Shown here in pieces: positions 44,702 through 51,895 of a DNA stretch of 64,000 bases. Source of the DNA: an uncultured Chloroflexia bacterium. GTDB lineage: Bacteria; Chloroflexota; Limnocylindria; Limnocylindrales; CSP1-4. Under the pieces are notes generated by a model. The model ran no database searches and was not told the DNA's origin. It saw only the letters and a list, made by a program, of their open reading frames with translations. Within the stretch, counting starts at the first letter, position 1, and the number at the start of each line of letters is the position of its first letter. Both the position numbers and the translations under genes were made by a program. The stretch lies in contig CAVRHD010000008.1 of NCBI GenBank assembly GCA_963720965.1, positions 27,843 to 91,842 on the forward strand, written 5' to 3'.

Positions 44702-46348
44702 GTGAACGCTCGACCAGCCGTTCCCGCGCCGATGGTCCGGGGCAGCCACGCCGCGGTGGTGGCGCCCCACCACCTGGCCACGACCGCCGGGCTGGGCATC
44801 CTCCGGGCGGGCGGCAGCGCGGTCGATGCCGCGATTGCCACGAATGCCGTCCTGGCCGTCGTCGACAACGAGGCGTGCGGCATCGGCGGCGACGCCTTCT
44901 GGCTGATCTGGGACGGGGCGGCCGGCAGGCAGGTCGGCCTCAACGGCAGCGGCCGGTCGGCCCGCACGGCCAGCGCCGCCGGCCTGCTCGCCCGGGGCAT
45001 CCAGTCGATGCCCCACCGCGGCGGCCTGTCGATCACGGTGCCTGGCGCCGTCCGGTCGTGGGGCGACGCTCACGATCGGTTCGGCCGGCTCGAGCGGAGC
45101 GTGCTCCTGGCTCCGGCAATCGAGCTGGCCCAGGACGGGTTCCCGGCCGACGAGGCGTTCTGCCGGGCGGTCGAGGCGAGCGCCATGGTGTTCGAGCGGG
45201 AGCTCGGCCCCGAGTGTGCCGGCTGGACCTCCATCTACCGGCCGGCCGGACGGCCCTGGCAACTGGGCGAACGGGTCCGCCTGCCGGCGCTCGCCACCAG
45301 CCTCGAGCGAATTGCCCGGAACGGCTGGGCCGAGCCTTACGAAGGCGACCTGGCCGACCTCCAGGCGGCGGCCCTGGCCCAGGCGGGCTCCGACATCCGC
45401 CGGCAGGACCTGGCCGACCATCGTTCCACCTGGACCGAGCCGATTGCGACCGACTACCGCGGCGTCCAGGTCACCGGCCATCGGCCGAATAGCTCCGGCT
45501 TCGTCGCCCTCGAGCTGCTCAACGTGCTCGAGCAGTTCGAGCCACCGGCCGGCGGCCCGGCCGAGCAGGTCCGCTGGGCCCACCTCGGGATCGAGGCGTC
45601 GAAGCTGGCCATGGCCGATCGCGATCTTCATCTCGGTGACCCCGACCACTACCAGGCACCGCTCGCGCGGCTGCTCGACAAGGGCTATGCGCAGGAGCTG
45701 GCGAAGCGGATCGATCCGGACCGGGCGGTGCCGCCACCGGCCAGCCGCCTGCCACGCGGCGGGGGCACGATCTGGCTGGGCGTCGTCGACGGCGAGGGCA
45801 ACGCGGTCAGCCTGATCGAGAGCAACTACGCAGGCTTCGGCTCGGGCATCGTCGATCCGCTGACCGGCATTGCCTACCAGAACCGGGGCTCGTACTTCAG
45901 CCTCGACGAGGATCATGCCAATGCGCTCGGCCCGGCCCGCCGGACCCTCCACACGCTGATGCCGGGGATGCTCCTGCGGAATGGCCGGCCGTGGATCGTG
46001 TGCGGCTCGATGGGCGGCGACGCGCAGCCCCAGATCCACGCCCAGGTCGTCTCGGCCCTCGTTGACGGCGACGCAGACGTGGCCACGGCCACCGCGCTGC
46101 CGCGCTGGTTCGTGGAACCGGCCGAGCACTACGCACCGCCCGACACCGTCCGAATCGAGCCGCGCTTCGACGCCGCGGTCCTGGACGGCCTGGCCAAGCG
46201 GGGCCATCGGCTCGCCCTGACCGAGCCGTTCGATGGTGCGCTCGGCCACTGCCACGCGATCGAGGTCGTCGATGGCGGGCCGGCCGAGGGCGGCAGCCTG
46301 GTCGCCGCTACCGACCCTCGCAGCCAGGGCCTGCCGGCCGCCTGGTAG
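44702..46348 (+). CDS. ggt: gamma-glutamyltransferase family protein
   Basis: AVVAPHHLATTAGLGILRAGGSAVDAAIA, ITVPGAVRSW, nucleophile context GGGTIWLGVVDGEGNAVSLIESNY, GSMGGDAQPQ. Confidence 0.88.
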   Translation: MNARPAVPAPMVRGSHAAVVAPHHLATTAGLGILRAGGSAVDAAIATNAVLAVVDNEACGIGGDAFWLIWDGAAGRQVGLNGSGRSARTASAAGLLARGIQSMPHRGGLSITVPGAVRSWGDAHDRFGRLERSVLLAPAIELAQDGFPADEAFCRAVEASAMVFERELGPECAGWTSIYRPAGRPWQLGERVRLPALATSLERIARNGWAEPYEGDLADLQAAALAQAGSDIRRQDLADHRSTWTEPIATDYRGVQVTGHRPNSSGFVALELLNVLEQFEPPAGGPAEQVRWAHLGIEASKLAMADRDLHLGDPDHYQAPLARLLDKGYAQELAKRIDPDRAVPPPASRLPRGGGTIWLGVVDGEGNAVSLIESNYAGFGSGIVDPLTGIAYQNRGSYFSLDEDHANALGPARRTLHTLMPGMLLRNGRPWIVCGSMGGDAQPQIHAQVVSALVDGDADVATATALPRWFVEPAEHYAPPDTVRIEPRFDAAVLDGLAKRGHRLALTEPFDGALGHCHAIEVVDGGPAEGGSLVAATDPRSQGLPAAW

Positions 46349-46376
46349 GGCAGTCGAGCGTCGCTATACTCGGGCC

Positions 46377-46649
46377 GTGACCTCGAACGTCGGCCAGAAC
46401 TACCCCTACTCGAGCGAGACCGAGGCCGACCGGGCGGGGACGATCGAGCGCCTGACCCACGAGCGCGACGGGCTGGCGGCGAAGCTGGCGGCCGAGACCA
46501 CGCCGGTGGACCCTGGCGATCGATGGTGGGTCTACAAGTGCCCGACGGCCGGTTGTCCGGGGCTCCTCCACGTGGCCGGCTTCGCGCATGATCTGCACGC
46601 CGTCTACGTCGTCTGCGACGGGACCTGCGGCAAGACCTTCCTGCGCTGA
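46377..46649 (+). CDS. small 4-Cys (zinc-ribbon-like) protein, possibly on a leaderless mRNA
   Basis: VTSNVGQNYPYSSETEADRAG...WWVYKCPTAGCPGLLHV...VVCDGTCGKTFLR. TATACT at 46365-46370 ends 6 nt before the GTG at 46377. Confidence 0.45.
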   Translation: MTSNVGQNYPYSSETEADRAGTIERLTHERDGLAAKLAAETTPVDPGDRWWVYKCPTAGCPGLLHVAGFAHDLHAVYVVCDGTCGKTFLR

Positions 46650-46843
46650 CCGGTCCCAGCCAGCCGGCCGGCGGCGAAGCGCCCGACCCGGCACCGATCG
46701 ACCCGACCGAGCTGCGGGCTGCCCGCCGCCAGCTGGCCTCGAACGCGACCGGGCTGGTCGCCTCGAGCTTTGGCTTCGGCCTGGTCTTCGGCCTGACCGC
46801 CCGGTCGGCGGGCTTCTCGCCGATCGAGGCGATCGCGTTCTCG

Positions 46844-47446
46844 GTGATCGTCTTTGCCGGGGCCAGCCAGTTCGCGGCGACAGGCATGGTCGCCGCCGGC
46901 TTCGCCTGGCCGGCAATCCTGGTCCTGACCGCCCTGGTGAACGCCCGCCACCTGCTCTATTCGGCAGCCATGGCGCCCTGGCTCCGGGGTCAGCCGGTGC
47001 TCAAGCGAATCGTGATGGCCCACCTCCTGACCGACGAGGCCTTCGCGTTGTCGAGCGTCCATTTCCGGCGGCTCGGTCGGGTGGATCCCGGCGGCTACTG
47101 GATCGCGGCGATCGGAGCCGTGTTCGTGCCCTGGAACGTGGCCACGATGCTGGGCGTCTTCGGCGGCCAGTTCATCCCGGACCCCAGGGTCCTCGGCCTC
47201 GACGTGATCTTCCCGGCGGCGATGGCCGGCCTGGCCGTCGGCCTGTCGAGCGGCCGGCGTGACGTGGCGGCGGCGGCGGCCGGGGTCATCTGTGCCGTGG
47301 TCATCGGCCTGCTCTGGGACAGTCACCTGGGAATCGTGGTCGGTGGCACCGTGGGTCCGCTGTTCGGGCTGGCCATTCCGGCCCGTCCGCTATCCGGCTC
47401 GGCCGACGACATCGAGCGGGGCCTCGAGAGCGGACTGCCGTCGTGA
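46844..47446 (+). CDS. azlC: AzlC family branched-chain amino acid permease subunit (true N-terminus lies upstream; no canonical start codon found there)
   Basis: VIVFAGASQFAATGM, ALVNARHLLYSAAMAPWL, LTDEAFA. The same frame is open back to 46592 and encodes family-typical LVASSFGFGLVFGLTARSAGFSPIEAIAFS with no ATG, GTG or TTG. Confidence 0.75.
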   Translation: MIVFAGASQFAATGMVAAGFAWPAILVLTALVNARHLLYSAAMAPWLRGQPVLKRIVMAHLLTDEAFALSSVHFRRLGRVDPGGYWIAAIGAVFVPWNVATMLGVFGGQFIPDPRVLGLDVIFPAAMAGLAVGLSSGRRDVAAAAAGVICAVVIGLLWDSHLGIVVGGTVGPLFGLAIPARPLSGSADDIERGLESGLPS

Positions 47447-47781
47447 CCACGAACCTCGTCGCCCTCGCCGTCCTGATGGCCCTGGTGACCTATCCCAGCC
47501 GGGCCGTGCCATTGCTTGCCCCGGGCTTCGACCGCCTGCCGCCGCGGGCCCTCGAATACCTGAGGCTGGTCGGCCCGGCGGTCCTGGCATCGATCGCGGC
47601 GTCGCAGATCTTCCTCGTGCCCGCGGCCAGCGGATCCGGCTCGACGTTCTCGATCAACGTGGAGTGGCTGGCCGTCGGCGCCTGCGTCGTGATCGTCGCC
47701 TGGCGGCGCAACCTGCTCCTCGGCCTGATCCTCGCGGTGCTGATCGTGGCCGGGGCGCGCGGCCTGGGCCTGGCTGCCTGA
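47443..47781 (+). CDS. azlD: AzlD family branched-chain amino acid transport protein
   Basis: 112 aa. LAVLMALVTYPSRAVPLL, four hydrophobic segments, ATGA-type overlap with azlC. Confidence 0.85.
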   Translation: MTTNLVALAVLMALVTYPSRAVPLLAPGFDRLPPRALEYLRLVGPAVLASIAASQIFLVPAASGSGSTFSINVEWLAVGACVVIVAWRRNLLLGLILAVLIVAGARGLGLAA

Positions 47782-47807
47782 GACTGCCCGGTCCGAGCTG
47801 GGTCAGG

Positions 47808-48245
47808 TCAGCCGTCACGAACCGCGTCCGCCTCGATCTCGACCAGCAGCGAGCGGTCGATGAGCGACCGGACCTCGACGATCGTGGCGGCCGGGCCGAT
47901 CGCACCGAAGCGCTCGCCGAGCGCCCCCAGGATGGCCGGGCTGCGCTTCATGTCGGTCGTGAAGATTCGGACCCGGACCACGTCGGCGCGGGCGAAGCCG
48001 GCGTCGTGGAGTGCCTGCTCGATGATGTCGAGCGCGGCCCGGGCCTGGGCTCCCGGATCGCCCGGGTGGAGCGAGCGGCCATCTGGTCCGGCATCGGTCG
48101 TGCCCGACACCCAGCAGGCGTGGTCGACGACCAGGGCCCGGCTGTAGCCGTAGCGGGCCTCGTACGGGCCACCCGAGGAAATCCGCCGCCGTTCCGTCCT
48201 GGCCACCAGCACTCCCCTCTCGCTCACGCTCGATGGGGTCGCCAC
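47808..48245 (-). CDS. RidA/YjgF/Rid family protein
   Basis: YGYSRALVVDHACWVSGTT, ARAALDIIEQALHDAG, VVRVRIFTTDM, PAATIVEV..L.....VEIEADA. Confidence 0.82.
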   Translation of the reverse strand: MATPSSVSERGVLVARTERRRISSGGPYEARYGYSRALVVDHACWVSGTTDAGPDGRSLHPGDPGAQARAALDIIEQALHDAGFARADVVRVRIFTTDMKRSPAILGALGERFGAIGPAATIVEVRSLIDRSLLVEIEADAVRDG

Positions 48246-49492
48246 GAGCCCACGACCGGATCCCGGGCGGTGGCCAGCAGGAGGCCGGCCAGGAGCGCGG
48301 TCCGGGGCACGATGGAATCAACCTCGAGGTACTCGGCCGGCGAATGGTCGTTGCCGCCGATCGGCCCAAGGCCGTCCAGCGAGGGCACCCCCAGCCCCGC
48401 GGTCGTGTTTGCGTCGGAGGCGCCACCGGTGGCCGCGTCGGCCAGCTCGAAGCCCAGCCGGCCGGCGATCGCCTGGGCATGGAGGACGAGCCGGCCGCTC
48501 CGCTCGAGCTTCTCCATCGGCCAGTGCCGGGCGGTCTCCTCGATGGTCACGTGGGTGTCGGGCACGACCGTCAGCGCGGCCGCCGCGCGAACCGCGGCCT
48601 CGGCCGCCTCGAGCTGCTCCCGGCCGGGCGCTCGCAGGTCGACGTCGAGCACGGCCTCCTCCGCCACGACATTCGGACGGGTGCCGCCCCGGATGACCCC
48701 GACATTGACGGTGACCCCAGGCCAGCGTCCGTTGAGCTCCTGGAGCGCGATCGCGAGATGGGCCGCGGCCAGGATCGCGTTACGGCCCTTCTCGGGCTCG
48801 ACCCCCGCGTGGGCCGCCCGGCCGTGGACGGTCAGGCGGAGGTCGACCGTGCCCTTCCGGGCCGACACGATGTCGCCGTTCGCCCGGGCGCACTCGAGGA
48901 CGAAGCAGACATCCGAGGCGAGGGCCAGCTCGCGGATGATCGGGGTGCTCGAGATCGAGCCGATCTCCTCGTCGGGGTTGGCCACGAAGACGAGCCGCTC
49001 GAAGGGCAGCTCGAAAGGTCCCTCGCCGCGCGGGCCGCGGGCATCGTCGTCCTCGCCCAGCGAGATGAGGGCGAGCACGGCGTAGAGGCCGGCAAGCAGG
49101 CCACTCTTCATGTCGGTCACCCCCGGCCCATGGGCCAGTCCGGCCTCGATCCGGAGCGGCCGGGCCGCCGCCGTGCCCTCCGGAAAGACGGTATCGAGGT
49201 GGCCGATGAGGAGGGCCCGGGGGCCACCGGAGCGACCCCTGAACGTCCCCACAATCGTGTTGCCAAGGGTGGAGTGGGCATGCACCTCGACCTGTCCGCC
49301 GAGCCGCTCGAGGAAGGCGGCCGTCCACGCCCCGACCTGGTCGACTCCGTCCTTGGTGTAGCTGCCGCAGTCGACGTTGACCAGGGTCGCGAGATCCTCG
49401 AGGTAGGCGGGAAGCTCGTCCTGGACGATCTCCACGAGCTCCTCGAGCTCGTCCGGGCTGACCCCGGCGCCGGGTGGATGCAAGGCGTCCAT
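48224..49492 (-). CDS. M20 family metallopeptidase (carboxypeptidase G2/glutamate carboxypeptidase-like)
   Basis: LLIGHLDTVFPEGT, AHGPGVTDMKSGL, NPDEEIGS, GRAAHAG, RGGTRPNVVAEEA, GGASDAN. Confidence 0.85.
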   Translation of the reverse strand: MDALHPPGAGVSPDELEELVEIVQDELPAYLEDLATLVNVDCGSYTKDGVDQVGAWTAAFLERLGGQVEVHAHSTLGNTIVGTFRGRSGGPRALLIGHLDTVFPEGTAAARPLRIEAGLAHGPGVTDMKSGLLAGLYAVLALISLGEDDDARGPRGEGPFELPFERLVFVANPDEEIGSISSTPIIRELALASDVCFVLECARANGDIVSARKGTVDLRLTVHGRAAHAGVEPEKGRNAILAAAHLAIALQELNGRWPGVTVNVGVIRGGTRPNVVAEEAVLDVDLRAPGREQLEAAEAAVRAAAALTVVPDTHVTIEETARHWPMEKLERSGRLVLHAQAIAGRLGFELADAATGGASDANTTAGLGVPSLDGLGPIGGNDHSPAEYLEVDSIVPRTALLAGLLLATARDPVVGSWRPHRA

Positions 49493-49530
49493 GCCGGCAG
49501 TCTAGCGGCCTTGCTAGACTCCCCCGCACT

Positions 49531-51303
49531 GTGCGACTCGTCGAGATCCGCCTGCTCGAGGGCCCCAACGTCTACCGGCTCGAGCCGGTCGCGAAGGTCG
49601 AGGTCGCGATCGGGCGGCGACGAACGTGGTACGGCCAGCGCAACCCAGCCCGGCACGCCCTGGTCCAGCTCGGTCGGGCGGTCCCGGCCCGGGACTGGCC
49701 GGACGATGTCGCGGACCTGGCCGCCTGGCTCAAGCGACTGCGAGCCGACCACGGCGCGGGGCGGACCGGACTTGCCGTCCACCGCTCGTCCGACCCGGGC
49801 CACTGGATCGTGACGTTCCCGTGGACCGCCGCTGGCCGAGCCCGCTCGATCAGCGAGGCCGCCGTTGGCCTGGTCGAGCGCAACGTATCGCCGGCCCGGA
49901 CCGCCCGCCTCACCGGCGGCCAGCAGCGCCTGCTCGCCCGCTGGTCGGCCCGGATCGACGACGCCGACAGCACCCCGCCGGGCTGGGTCCGCGACGCCCA
50001 CCGGACGATCCCGATCGTGTCGATCAGCGGCACGAATGGCAAGAGCACTACCACCCGCTTGATCAGCCACATCCTGATCGTGGCCGGGCGGCACACGGGC
50101 ACGACGACGTCCGACGGCATCCTGGTCGACGAGCGGATGATCGAGCCGGGCGACTGGACCGGGCCGGGCGGGGCTGCCGCGATCCTGGGCCGGTCCGATG
50201 TCTCGGTGGCAGTCCTCGAAACCGCCCGGGGCGGGATCGTCCTGAAGGGCGTCGGCTACGAGTCCAACGATGCCAGCGTCCTGACCAACGTCAGCTCGGA
50301 TCACCTCGACCTCCAGGGGATCCACACCCTGCCCGAGCTGGCCGAGGTCAAGGCGACGATCTGCCGGATCACCCGCCCGGACGGCTGGGCAGTGCTGAAC
50401 GGTGACGATCCGTTCGTCGCCGCGGTCGCCCGGCGGGTGCGGGCGAGGGTCGCCTTCTTCTCGATCCTGGATCGTCCGCCGGCGGCCGTGGCGCGCCACC
50501 TGGCGGCCGGCGGACGAGCGTACCTGCTTCGGCGGGGCGAGCTCATCGAGGTCGAGGACGGCGTCACGACCTCGATCGCGGACGTGGCCGAGCTGCCGAT
50601 CACGGTCGGCGGGCTGGCCCGCCACAACGTCGCCAACGCCCTCGCCGCCGCGGGCGGCGCCCGGGCGGTTGGCGCCACGATCGACGAGGTCCGACGCGGC
50701 CTGATCGACTTCCGGCCGACCTCCGAGCACTCGCCCGGCCGGCTCAACATCTACCGGCTCGGCAACCGGGTCGTGCTCGTGGACTTCGCCCACAACGAGG
50801 CCGGCATTGCCGCGATCCTCGACGTTGCCGAGGGGATCGCGGCCGGAGCGGCCGGTCGGGCGGCCCCGATCACCGTCATTATCGGCACGGCCGGCGACCG
50901 GCCCGACGACACGCTCCGGGGAATCGGACGGATCGCCGCGGAACGCGCCCAGCGGGTGGCCATCAAGGAGACGCCGGCCTACCTGCGCGGCCGGACCCGC
51001 GAGTCGATCGTCGGCGAGCTGCTGGCCGGTGTTCGCTCGGCCGGGACCCCGGCCGGTGAGGCCCCGGTTCCGGTCTACGAGTCGGAGACCGCGGCGCTTC
51101 GAGCCGAGCTCAACGGCGCCGCGGCCGCCGAGGCCGCCCGAAGCGGCGCCCGGCCGGACACGGCGCGGGTCGTGGTCCTGATGTGCCACGAGGAGCGCCA
51201 GGCCGTCTTCGACTTGCTGGCCGAGCTCGGGGCGCGCCCGATCGATCTCGGCACGGACCTCACCGCCCTGATCCCGCGCCTCCAGGAGCGCCCGCGCCGC
51301 TAG
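49531..51303 (+). CDS. cyanophycin-synthetase-related protein: CphA N-domain fused directly to the Mur-ligase-like M domain, without the ATP-grasp (G) domain
   Basis: VRLVEIRLLEGPNVYRLEP parallels LAIIETRILRGPNYWAREP of the neighbouring CphA. Then SISGTNGKSTTTRLISHIL, TTSDGILVDERMIEPGDWTGP, LETARGGIVLKGVGY and NVSSDHLDLQGIHTLPELAEVKA parallel AVTGTNGKTTTVRMIAHIL, TSTDGIVIDGRMIKKGDMSGP, EVARGGILREGLGY and NVTGDHMGLGGITSLGQLANVKA. There is no KPxxGxxGxGV ATP-grasp segment. GTG start at 49531. Confidence 0.8.
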   Translation: MRLVEIRLLEGPNVYRLEPVAKVEVAIGRRRTWYGQRNPARHALVQLGRAVPARDWPDDVADLAAWLKRLRADHGAGRTGLAVHRSSDPGHWIVTFPWTAAGRARSISEAAVGLVERNVSPARTARLTGGQQRLLARWSARIDDADSTPPGWVRDAHRTIPIVSISGTNGKSTTTRLISHILIVAGRHTGTTTSDGILVDERMIEPGDWTGPGGAAAILGRSDVSVAVLETARGGIVLKGVGYESNDASVLTNVSSDHLDLQGIHTLPELAEVKATICRITRPDGWAVLNGDDPFVAAVARRVRARVAFFSILDRPPAAVARHLAAGGRAYLLRRGELIEVEDGVTTSIADVAELPITVGGLARHNVANALAAAGGARAVGATIDEVRRGLIDFRPTSEHSPGRLNIYRLGNRVVLVDFAHNEAGIAAILDVAEGIAAGAAGRAAPITVIIGTAGDRPDDTLRGIGRIAAERAQRVAIKETPAYLRGRTRESIVGELLAGVRSAGTPAGEAPVPVYESETAALRAELNGAAAAEAARSGARPDTARVVVLMCHEERQAVFDLLAELGARPIDLGTDLTALIPRLQERPRR

Positions 51304-51403
51304 GAGGCGCGCCTGGCGTGGCCGGCTTCCGACGTGGCGGCTTCCGGCGTCCGAGCGCGTCCCGGCCGGATCGCCGTTCGGAGCTGGCTCGCCCCCGCCA
51401 CCT

Positions 51404-51895
51404 CCGGAGTCCCGCCCGAAATTGACAAATCATTCGTAGATCGAGGCTTGCGCCACTTTGGGGCGGCGTCTTGAGGCCGGGTCGCTCGCGGACATACCCG
51501 GCCGTGCGGGAATCCAGGATCCATCCGACGGTTTGAAACGCGGGCGGGAGCTCAGGGTCGCCTAAGCCTTCATTCATCGAGGTTTTGTCACGAACTCGGT
51601 GGTGGTGATGCGGCGGGCACCCGCGCCTCCAGGTGGGCGCGCCCGGGCCTGCAGGCGCTTTCCCGAGTGGCGCCCGAAATTGACAAATCATTCGTAGATC
51701 GAGTCTTGCGCCACTTTGGGATGAGTTCTCGAGGTCAAAGCCGTGACCGAGCCGCGTGGTCCCGCACGGATCCGGCGCCGATCCGCGCGTTCGGGGCCGA
51801 TTCGGGCGAGCGAGGTGGCGTAAGCCTCGTTTGATCGAGGTTTTGTCAAGAACTCGGGGGAGGCGGGCGCCTGCGAGTTGACCTGCAGGAGGCTA
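51404..51895. repeat. tandem pair (period 258 bp) of about 186-bp AT-richer elements with conserved ends and divergent interiors
   Basis: cgcccgaaattgacaaatcattcgtagatcgagNcttgcgccactttggg occurs at 51413 and 51671. taagcctNNNttNatcgaggttttgtcaNgaactcgg occurs at 51563 and 51821. The ends carry inverted blocks tgacaaa/tttgtca and aggctt/aagcct. The pair fills the convergent gap between the cphA-like gene and cphA. Confidence 0.8.
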
